From Eimeria praecox (lineage: Eukaryota), in contig OY986948.1 of assembly GCA_963920595.1 (NCBI GenBank), positions 1,674,001 to 1,738,000 on the forward strand: DNA of 64,000 bases. The letters are read 5' to 3'. Made by a program: the position numbers and the translations under genes. Below, piece by piece: positions 41,650 to 55,950 of the stretch (position 1 is the stretch's first letter; each line of letters opens with the position of its first letter). The notes under the pieces are model-generated. The model did no database searches. It had not been told where the DNA came from and was given only the letters and a program-made list of their open reading frames with translations.

Positions 41650-42960
41650 GTAAAGATCGAACGTATTGGACGATAAATGGCAGTACGATGGCTTGGACCA
41701 AAGAGTTATATTGACCCTCGTGTGATGCCTCTTTTGGAGAGCGCAGACATTACAGGTTATCGTTCCGCTCACCGCAGGCGACTGCGTACAACCTTGTATA
41801 GTATAATTGAAAGAAAGGAGAGGGAGGTTTTCGTTATTCCTTGTTGGCCTTTCGATAAGAGAAGCCTCTATAAACGTGCTGGGCAAAGGTTCAGCCGCCT
41901 GTTAGTGGTCTCTACAGACAAACGGGGGAACCGTAGACCTGCATAGGGGTCACGGTTCCCCCCTTTATTCTGTGAGTACCCTATTAAACCCATTGTTTCC
42001 ACCTATGAGAACACACAGGATTAGACTCGGATATGCTGACACGCTTTATTTGTTTTCAAAGAGGGCTCTAGATCCTACGATTAGGCAGAAGAATGAGAGG
42101 AGTGGAGAAGAGAAAAACACCTCCAACATGAAACGGCCACAATCATCTCAGTGCTTGGACAGCCTCCTGCCTATATGTAGAAGTGTCTACGCACGCTAGT
42201 GCATACACACTTCAGCACATATACCATATAGGCCCGCTTACGTTTGCAACTAAAAGCTCCAGATATATATATACTGCGTTTTGTTCGCTGCTAGAGACAA
42301 ATCTAAGTGGTTTTACTACTCGCTAATGTGTTCTTCTTGGCATTTTTACGTGCTTGAATAATGCTGGTGGCTTTCTCTGTACGGGAAGCGCTACAGTAGG
42401 GACTGATACCATACCCACAGGCCTATCTCCACTTCTCTCCAGCCACGTCTGCGTAAAGTGTTTCGTCCGTGAATGCGAATAGCAAGTGAGCACAGTTCCC
42501 CAGCTTGCTTGCTTCGTCCAAGTTGCCCGCTTTGCCTGCTTCCCAGCAACCTTTTTCTGACCAACCGTCGCAAAGGGCATTGAGGCGGGAGGTGCTTCGT
42601 TAGCCGGCGTTTGCCCCAATGACCCCCGAGAATCCACTACAAAGCTCCTTTGCCAGAACAGGGAAGGAAACAACTGTGTGAGAAGGTCCTCGTTCTGACT
42701 GGGTGTAAGCAAGTGCTGGTTACACTGGCAGATGCACAATGGCAGACCTTTCGCTGCACATGCCGACCATGAAATATTGGCGCTCATGATGCTAAAAACA
42801 CCGCCCAGACGCTACATCGATCAAACACGTTCTGTTACAGTGTTTGGCATAGAGCGAAAACAATTCAGATATTGGGAAAACTTCCTTCCTTTTGCCCATT
42901 TGCTACCCATGAGGCGGCCATCCTGCCAAATCTTAGTAAAGGTGGAAAGTTTATGCGCCT
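41650..42960 (+). mobile_element. Third, highly decayed Ty3/gypsy pol remnant (RT - RNase H)
   Basis: Collinear fragments: GYRSAHRRRLR, FSRLLVVSTDKRGN, RFPLYSVSTLLNPL, HRIRL, LFAARDKSKWF, VFFLGIF, TVAKGIEAGGASL, HNGRPFAAHADHEIL, FRYWENFLPFAHLLPMRRP. Order and spacing match gypsy pol, but individual motifs are weak. Confidence 0.62.
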
Positions 42961-43399
42961 AAGGGACGATCGTAGCATTCACCGCTGGCGCCTCTACCAG
43001 CACCAGCCAACGGCGCTGCAATAACCACGCACACTAACATGCCCATAAGTACGCGATGCCACACAGCCGCAAGTTGTTCGCACGGCGTTAGACGCCACAT
43101 CAACTGACCCCTATTGCACCAATCCAGAATCCATCGTGGTATGTCTTAGTCCCTACACAGGAGTCCAGGCTCTTGGAAATGCAATGGCGCATACTTAGCC
43201 ACGCCTATACCCGCACCGCAGCAGCACCCAGGAGTTCGTATCACACGTAGCCATGCATAAACATCTGCACCTGCACCCCTAGCCGCATCCACACCAGCGT
43301 CCACCCACTCAACTCAGCCCCTCATGCATACGGACAACGCCACCCTTCCAGCGGATTTAACCACCTACCAGAGACTCGTCATCATCTCCTTGTGTTGCT

Positions 43400-44620
43400 T
43401 TGCCCCCATTTTAACTTCATTGTCATCATTGCAAACAGGATCTTATGCGGAGGTAACCCCAACAGATACGTCCCTAGGTGACCACGGGAGGCAGTGGGGG
43501 AGCGCGGGGAAAAGCTCGGCAAGCGTGTATAGATGATATCGGGACGGGCTTGTGGCGTTTGCGGATGCCAAGTTGCCTCCCTCGGTTGTGCTGTATGAGC
43601 AGGCCACCAGCCATAGGTGACCGCCTGCTACTGAAGCTTTGAGGTGAAACCGGCACCGGCCCACTCGGCCAAGCAACACCATGGTGCATCTCCATTGAGG
43701 AGATACTTCATTCTTGAGAGTGACACTAATGGAACATATCACCCCTATAAGGACACGGCTCTAGTTCATTCTGTAAGGCATTTGCAAGCAGCAGCATCTA
43801 TGCATGCGAGGCTTGGTATAGCAGAATACTCCGCATCCTGCCTTACCCAAAGGGATTCGGAGGTCCGTCTGAACAAGTATAGACTCTTGCAGCTGACGCC
43901 CGGGAAAAGAGGCTGCTCTTATGCCATCTACGCCAAAAGTTACGCAGACAAGGCCGCACCGCCACGTCAGTGAGCCCTTATTAAGGGCTAGAGTTTGCTC
44001 GGGAATGTATGAAGAAAGCGCGGGAACGTCAAGCAAGGACAAGGTTAGAGTTGCGTTGCAGTCATTTTCAACCCAGGGGACTTGGCCCTTACCCACTTGC
44101 ATGCCCTGAAACGCGTTGTATCGAGTCAACTCCAGGACATCTGCTAGGCAAACGTCCTGACTGCGGTCTTTCATTCGTTGCCTTGTTGATTCGTAGGCTT
44201 AAAGTGCCAGCCTTTTGGCTTCTAGTTTCTGACAGGCGGGCCCATAATAAGTTGAACATTCACGAATCGAGGAGCTTTCACGCCCCCAATGCTCAGGGAA
44301 AACCGTCTTGTTGTGGCTGTGACATATTTGAGGGGCTGACGATCTCGGCAATGCTCGGGAAAGCATGCTGCCTCTGGAGTTTTTGCGAAATTCATTTAAA
44401 GGAGGCATTTACGAAAAGCCAGAATAGCCTATTGGAAGCAACGCGTGGCTTCTCCAACCATAGTCTAGAACACGCCTTTGCGGACACGGATGCAGCCTAT
44501 GGTGGCCTTGGGCTATGGGCCAATTCCGCCTACGTGACTGCCGCTCGAATCCTCCTTGCATCCTACGTGATCAGCGCAGGCTTGCTTGACAACTTCAGCG
44601 GGTTTGAGCTTTGAAATACG
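43400..44620 (+). mobile_element. Fourth, highly decayed Ty3/gypsy pol remnant (RT - start of RNase H)
   Basis: Collinear fragments: AFADAKLPP, ARLGIAEYSA..LTQRDS, SGMYE, VVSSQLQDIC (YxDD region), VPAFWLLVSD, HLKEAFTKSQNSLLEA, AFADTDAAYGGLG (compare TDASxxGLG). Confidence 0.6.
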
Positions 44621-45612
44621 TGCTTCAGTATGTCTGTTCGTGAGGGCCTTGCAGCCCAGTGAGCACCTGGAATCTCTTTACAACTTATATTCCTTTACCC
44701 TTACCTGCCTTTGTCTTACAGTCTACCTGAATCCCTTCTTGCGTTCTGCGAAACCAGCATACCCGCCGTCTCGAGACACCTCGGTCCGTAGCATCACTCC
44801 CTTGCAGCAAGGAGGCGAAATGCTCAAGCGCTACTTTATTTTTCTTTTTTTTTTCCAGTTAGAAGCGAGCTTTTGTTTTTATGACCAGTTGCTGTGTCCG
44901 TTCAAGCCGGAGCACCGTGTCGCACAGACAAGCAAAGGAAGCCAAAAGCAGTTGGAGGAGGAGAAGAAGCCAAATAATGCAGTTGCCCCAGTGCTGATGA
45001 ACACTTCCCAAACCAAAGGAGAAAAGTTACAAAAAAAATAAACAGGCAAGGTGTTAAAAAAAAGAAAACGGGAAGATTATGAGTGGGCAAAAGCCCAAAT
45101 AGAAAGAAAAAAGACGAACGCTCCCTCCCCTCAGACCCAGACCCAGACCCAGACCCAGACACACCGTCTGCAAGGGCTTCCTCTTAAGCTACTGAGGTGT
45201 ACAGACAGCCGAAGACAGAGTTTAGCAAAATCTCAGTGTTGAAGCCTCAACACTCATTGCAAAAGAGGAGACACGATGCGGCATTGATAATTCTATGCAG
45301 CAACATTAAGCCCTACTGTGAAGCGTGAGAAGCCAGACGCTCAGTTAAAACCCTCGTCCCCGAATCTCGTTTATAGGCCATAAACCCTAAACCCTCATGC
45401 TTAAGACACAAACAGACAAACCCTATGCAACCATCCAAACCCTACTTTGAAGTCCTGATTGCAAATCTAAAACCCTAAACCTCAAACCCCCGTAAACACT
45501 AACCCTACACCCGAAGCACATTATACCTGATATGTGAAGCCATAAACCCTAAGCCCCAAAGACGCATTCATTCATTCTGAGCTACTTTGTAAGCCTTTAA
45601 AATATATACTAT

Positions 45613-45687
<75 letters not shown>

Positions 45688-45854
45688 AGAAACGTGTTGA
45701 TATTAACTGCAAAGCTTAAGACATCCCTATTTACATACTTACACTTGTCTGGTGTAAAGGCCACTGCTGCAGCAAGGCAGCAGCAGCAGCGCAGCAGCAG
45801 CTGCAGCAGAACAGCAGCAGCAACAGACCAGCAGCAGCAGCAGCAGCAACAGAC

Positions 45855-45913
<59 letters not shown>

Positions 45914-46591
45914 CCCTGCATCGGCGGCGAGCTGTGGATGATGGCTTGTGTCTGGGTAGAGAGAATAAGCTTCACTCAAGTACCATTAAAATATTTTATA
46001 ATAGTTAAAATAAGTATAATAATAATAGTTTATTATATTTGTTTTTTATTAAAGATAACTACACAACTGTCAAAGAAGAAGAAGAAGAAGAAGAACACAA
46101 AGAACGGGGAGGCCCTTCGGCTTACTGGTCCGGTCCGCTGTCATGGATGAGACAGCATCCTCTTCTCATTATTTTCTGTTTTGTTTTTTGTTATTTATAT
46201 TTTATTTCTTTATTTAATTATATTTCAATAACATATAATCTACTGGACAGGGGCTGTGACCCTTCATACACCACAGCAGCTGCAGCCGTCGAGCCCCCGG
46301 TTGCAGCGGGCCCTCCCTTCAACCTGAGGTGTACATACACCTCAAATTGTATACACAGGCGCCCAAAGGGGCCAATAGACAGCCAAATCAATTCTTTTTC
46401 TGTTGCTAGTGTACACACAAAAGAAGATACCAAGGGCCCAGCCCAGACAAGACCAGACAAGGCCCTCCTAGGTCGACACAGGAGCACAAGCAGCAGCAAC
46501 CGCAGCAGCAGCAGCAGCAGCAGCAGCAACCGCAGCAGCAGCAGCACCAGCAGCCGCATGATCAGCATCTAATCCATTGAAGCACCAAGTC

Positions 46592-46622
<31 letters not shown>

Positions 46623-46701
46623 TCTCTACATCCACACCGACAATCCCAGCATCACCAGCAGCAACAAGAACTGCAGCATTATCATCTACACCAGCATCAA
46701 T

Positions 46702-46736
<35 letters not shown>

Positions 46737-46771
46737 GGGGCCTTCCAGTCCCATGAGGGCTTCCTATTGCA

Positions 46772-46918
46772 ATGCGCTCCCTGCCGTGTGGGGCTTACAG
46801 CCTCCCCGGCGAGCCCGAGGGGGCCGACACGATGTCTGCTGATTCATGTGTTTCTTTGTCTCCTCCATCTCCCTTTGCTGCAGCAGAACCTGCTGCAGCA
46901 CCATCTGCTGCTGCTGCT

Positions 46919-46953
<35 letters not shown>

Positions 46954-48034
46954 TACGCCATTCTTGCCCTCGTATCTTTCCAGCTTCTCCCCAACAAACT
47001 GGGGGCCCCCCGTTGTTGGTGACCCTGCGGCTCGCTTCAATCTCAGGGGCCCCCGGACTCCCCTGTACCCTGGAGGGCCTCCTCCAGATGTGGAGACGAG
47101 GGGCCCCCAGGTGTCTCTGTACTCTCCCAGGGGGGCAGTTTTAGAAGACCCCCTGAATGGTGCTAAAGAAGGGGCCCCATCTGTCTCCTCAGGTATTATA
47201 GGGGCCCCAAGGGGCCCTTGGGGGCCTCTGAGGGGCCCTCGGGGCCCCCTAAGGGGCGGCCCCCAGTACTCTCAAGGGCCCTGGGTTGAAGCAGACCTCA
47301 TAGAGGAGACCCCCATGTACAGGGGCCCCTCCACAGCTGCCGCATTTCAAGAAACAGCAGCAAAAGCAACAGCAGCAACAGCAGCAACGGCAGCAACAGC
47401 AGCAGCAGCAGATATATTTAATATCAATCTCAGCCGCCCGAGGGAATATGAGCTGAGAAGAGAGAAAAAATGGCCTAGAAGAACACCAAAGGACAAGGGG
47501 GCCCCGGGGGCCCCTTCAGATGGGGGCCCCCATACAGAGGGGGGCCCCCACACAGAGGGGGGCCCCCATACAGAGGGGGGCCCCCATACAGAGGGGGGCC
47601 CCCATAGAGATGGGGGCCACCATACGGACAGGAGGTGCTGCAGTGCCCCTAGAGGTGTAGATACACCCCAGGGGTGCATCAGGAATGAACACAGATATGA
47701 AGCACCCAAGCATATAAGAAGAAGAAAAACAAAGGGGTAAATCTGCTGCTGCTGCTGCAGCTGCTGCTGCTGCTGTCACTGCTGAGGCCTTCGCTGCTGC
47801 TGCTGTGGCTGTGGCTGCTGCTTCTCTTGTTGCTTCTGCTGCTGTTGTTGTGGCTGCTGCTTCTATTGCTGCTGCTGCTGCTGCTGCGTATACGTAGCTA
47901 CTAAAGAGACAGCAGGAGGCAGCAGCAGCAGATGTCTCCTCCAGTTGCACATGCATGCGCTCCTTTATACTGGTGCTGCTATCTATAGTTGGTGTAGCAG
48001 CAGCAGCAGCTGGTGCTGCTGCTGCTGCAGCTGG

Positions 48035-48073
<39 letters not shown>

Positions 48074-48512
48074 AGAGGGAGAGAGCATTTCTGCCCATGT
48101 TTGTTTTTTTCAGCCTGCTTACTTCTGTTTCTTATTTGAGGGAGATGAGGGTTATTAGGCGGATCGCTGCTGCAGCTGCTGCTGCTCCTCCTGTTCCTCC
48201 TCCTGCTGCTGCTGCTGCTGCTGCTGCTAGAGTTGCTGGCAACAACCACAGCAGCAGCAGCAGAAGGAGAAGCAGCAGAATAGCTGGGGTGAAGTGTTCT
48301 TCTGCAGTAGGATGGCCTCTTACTGGATTCGAGGGGACGGGGTCTGCTGCTGCAGCAGCAGCAGCTGCAGCAGCTGTAGCTGCAGCAGCAGGTGCAGCAG
48401 GAGAGCAGCAGGCAGCGGATAGGAGACAGGGAGATAGAGCAAAGCAGCGGCTGAGAAGAAGGGTCTCCGAAGAGACAGACGAAACAGAGTATAAGAATGA
48501 TAGTGCTGCTGC

Positions 48513-48545
<33 letters not shown>

Positions 48546-48795
48546 TGCTCACAGGGCCCCTGAGACCCTGTGGGCCCCCATACCTTCTCTGCTGCGCATC
48601 ATCGCCAGGGCAACAAGAAAAGCCTCCTTCTTCTCTCTCCTCCACAAACAGCAGCAGCAGCAGCAGAGGCAGCAGCAGCAACAGCAGCAGCAGCAGCAGC
48701 AGCAACAGGAAGCACAAAAACAATCTAGCGAGACACAGCAGCAGAGGATTACTCAAACGCCCGGAGACTTCCTCGGAAGCCCCAGCACTAGCACC

Positions 48796-48836
<41 letters not shown>

Positions 48837-49834
48837 CGGCAGCAGCAGCAGCAAGATAAAGGAGACAGAGCGAAGGGAACTTGTGCTGCTGGGGGCCTCC
48901 AAAGACAGCACAAGAAGACAGAGAAGATGCAGACACATCGAAGGAGACAGCTACATGTCTCTGTCTCCTTGCCGCTCCTTCTCTTCTCACCGCCGCCTTC
49001 GCAGTCAAACTGCGCATACACTCTATCATCCAACAGCAGCAGCAACAGCAGCAGCAGCAACAGCAGCAGCAGCAACAGCAGCAGCAACAACAACTATAGC
49101 AACAGCAGAAACGTGGGGTATCTCCACGGCCCGCACAACTCGCAGCTTCACAACGACGCTGTCTATCAGGAGAAGCAGCTCCACCATATCAGCAGCAGCA
49201 GGAGCAGCAGGAGCAGCAGCAGCAGCAGCAGCGGGAGACGGGCTAGCAGCAGCAGCAGCAGCAGCAGCAGCAAAACCTAAAGCAACAGCAGCAAAACTTG
49301 AAGAAGAGTGGATTGTATCGGAGTACTGGCGGGCATCAACAGCAAAACAATCGCAGCTAACAAGGGAAGGCCACCCTAAATCTGCTGCTGCTGCTGCTGC
49401 TGCTGCTAGCAGCAGCAGCAGCAGCAGCAGCTCAATCTCTGGGGCGACGCAGCAGCAAGATAGAAGGCCTCGAAGCCGCAGCAACAGTAAACAGCAGGAG
49501 GGAGGATGCTGCAGCAGGTGCAGCCTAACAACAGAATTTCATGCTGCTGCTAATGCAGCACAACCCCCTGTTGCTGCTGCTGCTGCTGCTGCAGCAGCAG
49601 CAGCAGCACGTACGGCAGAGGCGCCGGCTGCAGCTCTTCCCCTCGCTGCTGCAGCGTCTCCTGATGGCGCTGCTTTGTCTCCTGCTGCTGCTGCGGTGTC
49701 TCCTGCTGCTGCTGCGGTGTCTCCTGCTGCTGCTGCGGTGTCTCCTGCTGCTGCTGCGGTGTCTCCTGCTGCAGTTGGCTCCCCTCATGCAGCAGCACGA
49801 GAAGCGCCCTTCCTTGGACAGCAGCGAGCAGCAT

Positions 49835-49868
<34 letters not shown>

Positions 49869-49912
49869 CGCAGCAACAGTGGATCCTGTGAAATCCGCAG
49901 CAACATCGCCAT

Positions 49913-49943
<31 letters not shown>

Positions 49944-50265
49944 AGCAGCAGCAACAGCAGCAGCAACAGACAGTCGGGGAACAGCACAAGCGCTGCGGCT
50001 TATCGCCGCCTACAGAGCGAAAAACCTGGGGGCTGTAAGCTTCCCCCAAGACACCTGCATGCAGCAGCAGCAGCAGCACCAACAACAGCAGCAGCAGCAG
50101 CAACAGCAGCAACAGCACAGTATCGAGGGAGTTCGGGCTGTGTTTAGAAGCGCGAGAAGCAGAAGCAACAACAGAAGCACCAGCGACAGCAAGCGAAACC
50201 GAAAAGAGCAGCAACAGCAGCAACAGCAACAGCAACAGGAGCAACAGCAGCAACAGCAACAGGAG

Positions 50266-50298
<33 letters not shown>

Positions 50299-50403
50299 AA
50301 GCAACAGCAACAAAAGCAGCAGCAGCGTTTCCCTGCGCCTGCTGTTCTGAGGTTAAGACCTAGGCGATGCTGTGTCCTCTCCACCGGTAGCTCGTCTACT
50401 GCG

Positions 50404-50459
<56 letters not shown>

Positions 50460-50757
50460 ACAGCAGCAGCAGGAACTGCAACAGCAACTGGAACACGAGC
50501 AGGAGCAGCAGCAGCAGCAATTGCGTCATCAGCAGCAGCAATTAGAGAAGCAGGAACCGCAGCAGCAGCATCAGGAGCAGCAGCAGCAAACAGCGCAGCA
50601 AGAACTGCAGCAGCAGCAGCACAAGCTGCAGCAGCAGCAGCACAAGCTGCAGCAGCAGCAACAACTCGATAATTTCTTTGTGTCTCTGACAGTAGCAAGC
50701 ACATCGAAGGCTCCGCCAGGCACACCCGTCTCTGCTAAGGCAGGTGGACCAGCTGCA

Positions 50758-50788
<31 letters not shown>

Positions 50789-50962
50789 CAGCAGCAGCAA
50801 CAGCAACAGCAGCAGCAGCAGCAACAGCAGCAACAGAAAAGGAGGAAGAAGCTGCAGCAGCAGATGCTGCTGAAGCCACAGCAAATATCAGCAGTACTTT
50901 TCAGTTTTCCTCGACGCCATTAATTTGTTTCTTAGGAGACAGAGATCATCGTGAAGCTGATT

Positions 50963-50998
<36 letters not shown>

Positions 50999-51144
50999 GC
51001 CCGCTGTTGGTGGCTTCCCAGCAGCAGCAGCAGCAGGAGCAGCAGCAGGAACAGCATCAGAGGCAGTTGCTGCCGTCAAGCAGCAGCAGCAAATGTCAGC
51101 CCTGCTCCCACGTCTCCCCTGGATGCGTCACCGCCACTCAGGGG

Positions 51145-51201
<57 letters not shown>

Positions 51202-51751
51202 ACAGCAGCAGAACCAGCAGCAACAGCAGCAGAAGCAACAGAAACAACAGCAGCAGCAGCAGAAGCAGCAACACTAGCAGCAAAGACTACGGAAGGCTCG
51301 ACACCAGCAAACGAATTCATAACAGCAACAGCTGCAGCGACAGCAGCAGCAGCAGCAGCAGCAGCAGCAAAGCCCCAAGGTGCAGCAACACCAGCAGCTG
51401 ATGCAGCAGCACCAACAACAGCAGCAACATCTGCAGCAACCCCAGCAGCAGCAATGATATCACATACTAGCAGCGAGAGCAGCAGCAACACCAGCAGCAG
51501 CGGTGCAGACATCGAGAAAAACAACAGCAGCAACGGCAGCAGCAGCAGCAACAGCAGCAACAGCAGCAACAGCAGCAGCAGTTGCTGCAGCACACAGAAG
51601 CAGAACAGCAGACAAGACAGCTACACAAGCCCTCAGACAGTACAACAACCCCACCCATCTATCTATCAACGTAGAAAAACAGCAGCAAAGAGGGCCTCAT
51701 ATCGTGTGAAGCTGATGCTCCGCCGCCGCCTGCTTCAGCAGCAGCAGCAGC

Positions 51752-51790
<39 letters not shown>

Positions 51791-51887
51791 CAGGCGCTGC
51801 GTTCTGCTGCGGAGTCCGTCCTACCAAGCAGCCAACACGTAGCAAACGAAGAGACACACAAACGAGCTGCAGCAACAGCAACAACAG

Positions 51888-51925
<38 letters not shown>

Positions 51926-51979
51926 CCACCCTCCCTTCTTCAGGAGCGCACGACGACTTATCACCTGCAGCAGCAAAAG

Positions 51980-52030
<51 letters not shown>

Positions 52031-52225
52031 GGGGGCCCCCAGGGTCTGCCGAGGGGCCTTCGATGTTGATGCTGAAGTTAGGTGGAAGAGACAATCAAAT
52101 GCAGAGGAGGAGACGAGCAGACCCTCAGCACGCTCTTCGGCTGTATATGCATGCAGCGATTCGACAGCAGCGGCTGCAGCAACTGAAGCAGCAGGTAAAG
52201 CCAAACAAAGTGCTATTGCTGCTGC

Positions 52226-52257
<32 letters not shown>

Positions 52258-52535
52258 TTGCTGCTGCTGTTGAAGGGTGTTGAGGGGTTTACTTAGTTGC
52301 TGTTTGTTTGTTTGTTTTCGCTGCAGCGGGAGAGAGAAGAACAAGAACGGCTGCAGCAGGAAGCATTTAAGCTGCGCCCAAAGCCCGTGCCTAGGTAAGA
52401 GATACACCACACCACTGACAGCAGCAGCAGCAGCAGCAGCAGCTGGAGCTGCTGCTGTTGCTGTTGCTGCTGTTGCTGCTGTTGCTGACTCTGCTTTCTT
52501 AGCTTTGGTTGTCTCTCTCCCTCTCCCTTTTCCTC

Positions 52536-52570
<35 letters not shown>

Positions 52571-53554
52571 GGGATAGTTGTTGCTGCTGCCTTCCTTGGG
52601 ATGTTGGCGCAGCTGTGGTTGTAGGTATGCTTTGTGCTGCTGTTGCTGCTGCTGTTGCTGCTGCCGCTGCTGCTGCTGCTGCTGTATGCAGGCATACATA
52701 CAAACGTCTTTGCACTCCGCTTAGCCGGGGGGCCCCCTCACCCTGCCGACCTTGTTGCGGGAATACGCGGGGGCCCCTGGGGCCCCCGGGGCCCCCTCAA
52801 ACAACTGGGGGGCCCCTGGGGCCCCTGGGGCCCCTGGGGCCCCCGGAGCCCCCTCAAACAACTGGGGGGCCCCAGGGGCCCCAGGGGCCCCTGGGTCCCC
52901 CCGGTTGTTTGAGTTTATCTGGTGAAGGCCCTGTAAACTTTTCGCTCAATCGAGGAGGGGATATAAGTTTAAAGAGCAATATCTTTAAAGGAAGACAACA
53001 GAGGGCTTGTAAGGAAATCCCGCTGGATGGGGTGTACATACACCCGCAGCAGGTCCAACAGCAGCAGCTGCTGCATCATCAACAGCAGCAGCTGCTGCAA
53101 CAGCAGCAGCAGCACGAAGGCGTCCCCTCTACCTCGAAATGCTGGGAGAAAAAGCAACAGTTGAAGGCGTTGCTGCTGCAGCTGCTAGCCGAGGAAGCAG
53201 ATGAAGGGCCTCTGCTGCAGCTAAACCCTAACTGCAGCAGGAAGCAGCACACCATCGATGCTGCTGCTGCAGCAGCAGCAGCAGCAGCAGAAGGAGCAGC
53301 AGCTTATGCAGCAGAACTGCAGCAGCAGCATACGTTTCAAGGGAACGAAATACCTCGGGCTCGGCAAACACAGCAGCAGCAGCTGCTGCAGCGGCAGCAG
53401 CAGCAGCAGCAGCAGCAGCATTTGCTGCAGCAGGAGACCCTGCACATTTCAGCAGCAAATGGCTCCTTACGTGGCTTTCCAGCGCAGCAGCAGCGGCAGC
53501 AGCAGCAGCAGCAGCAGCGGCTAGGGCGAGCAGCAGCAGCAGCAGCAGCACCAG

Positions 53555-53590
<36 letters not shown>

Positions 53591-53673
53591 AATGGGCGCC
53601 TGTAGATCGTTGGACGCTGCCCTTGCCTAGAGATATCCCCGTTAAGATTCTGTCAGGGGCCCCCTCAAGGAGA

Positions 53674-53723
<50 letters not shown>

Positions 53724-54039
53724 GTCTCAGCGCCTTCAGCAGCAGCCGGCGCGGGACTGCCGCTCCGCTGCTCCCAGGAAGCCTCTTATGCGCTCAACAG
53801 CAGCAGCAACAGCAGCAGCAACAGCAGCAGCAACAGCAGCAACAGCAGCAACAGCAGCAACAGCAGCAACGGTAACAGCAAGGGGTAGGTCTTCGATAGC
53901 CTCCCAACCTGCTGCTTCCCTTCACCGCTGGGAGCAGCAGACCCTAGCAGCAGAAGCTTCGTCTGCTGCTGCTGCTGCTGCTGCATCAACCCGCCGAAGC
54001 TTCGGTTTTGCTTCTCGTACTTCTTCAGGTAATACAGCA

Positions 54040-54085
<46 letters not shown>

Positions 54086-54480
54086 CCAGGAGACAGACAA
54101 CCCCCTGCAAACCTCAAAGAGCTTCTACCCCGGCCCCGTTCGTCTGCAGCAGCACCAGCAGCAGTCATAACATCTTGCTGCAGCAGTCTGAAGCAGCTGC
54201 TGCTGCAAGACGTGCTGCTGCTGCTTCCAGCAGCAGGCAATACAGATCCTACAGCACAGGCGCGTTGTTGTCGAAGGCGGCTACCAGAGACACGCAGCAG
54301 CAGCAGCAGCAGCAGCAACGGCAGCAACAGCAGAAGCAGCAGCAACAGCACAAGCAGCAACACCTGCAGCAACATCAGCAGCAGCAGCAGCAGCAGCGGA
54401 GTGCAGCAGCAGCTTCTACAAGACAGCCTCAGCGTTTCTCAGGGGGCCCAGTCCGCACCTCTTGCAGTCAACGCATGCAG

Positions 54481-54512
<32 letters not shown>

Positions 54513-55122
54513 GCAAGCAGCAGCAGCAGCAGCAGCAGCGGAAAGCCTATTGCTATCTGTAGAAGCAGCCTCCGCAGAGGCTGAAGCTGAAGCAGCAGCA
54601 CTACAAGCAGCAGCAGCAGAATTACAATCTGCACAGAGACGAGCAGCTATGGAATTACTCTTCCTTTGCTCTTCCCCTCAAGATATAGATTACTACAATG
54701 ATGAACCATGGGGGGCCCCCCTAGCAGGGGCCCCCCTGGGAGGGGCCCCCGTAGGAGGGGCCCCCCTGGGAGGGGCCCCCTTAGGGGGGGGCCCCCTGGG
54801 AGGGGCCCCCTTAGGAGGGGGCCCCCTGGGAGGGGCCCCTTTAGGGGGGGGGCCCTTAGGAGGGGCCCCCTTAGGAGGGGCCCCCTTAGGAGGGGCCCCC
54901 TTAGGGAGGGCCCCTGTAGAAGGGGCCCCCTTAGGGGGGGGGCCCTTAGGAGGGGCCCCCGTATGTGCTGATTTGTATGAAGTATGTAAGAAAGGGAAGG
55001 AGAGACAGGAGCATCTGAGCATACACTCGAGACTACATACAACAGCGAGTTCGTGTGATATGTTGTTTGAAGAATATATAAGAAGAGATGAGGAGACACC
55101 TGAAAGGTGCATGTACACCTGA
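46772..55122 (+). CDS. Large low-complexity hypothetical protein, 4 exons, ~2500 aa (polyA/polyQ/polyS, G-P repeats)
   Basis: ORFs of 322, 1427 and 835 aa join in phase as exons 46772-47736, 48114-52194, 52327-52394, 52692-55122 (GT-AG, 7545 nt). The start and the first junction are uncertain. The only ordered-looking block is [29 protein letters not shown]. Confidence 0.68.
54710..54960 (+). repeat. Coding 15-bp minisatellite, ~16-17 units encoding [10 protein letters not shown]
   Basis: (T/C)TRGGAGGGG(C/G)CCCC units in tandem. Confidence 0.9.
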
Positions 55123-55190
55123 AAACACAAAGACAAACACCAATACACATACATGTGTGAGGGAAACTACGTCTAAAACCACACAGACTC

Positions 55191-55228
<38 letters not shown>

Positions 55229-55320
55229 AAGGGCAGCAGCTGCTGCTCTGTGTTGCTGCGTGAGCAGAGAAGCAGCAGCAGCTGCAGCAGTACAACTTCA
55301 AGCACAGCGGCAGTCCAGCC

Positions 55321-55431
<111 letters not shown>

Positions 55432-55554
55432 TGTCTCCTTCAAAGCAGAGAGAGACGAAGCAGGACGTTCGTGTGTTGTGTTTAGAATCGAGTTTTCTTT
55501 GTTTTTCTTTCTTTCGTTTCTAAACAACTAAGTTGTTTATTTGTTGTATAGGGA

Positions 55555-55611
<57 letters not shown>

Positions 55612-55809
55612 TATTATTATTATTACTGTTGCTACTATTATTAACTACTATATAATATATATAAACTCGCCTTCTTACACAGAGCCTTTTAAACAGGATA
55701 TCTATATCTATATCTATATCTATATCTATCTATATCTATATCTATATCTATATCTATATCTATATCTATATCTATATCTATATCTATATCTATATCTATA
55801 TCTATATCT

Positions 55810-55889
<80 letters not shown>

Positions 55890-55891
55890 CC

Positions 55892-55950
<59 letters not shown>

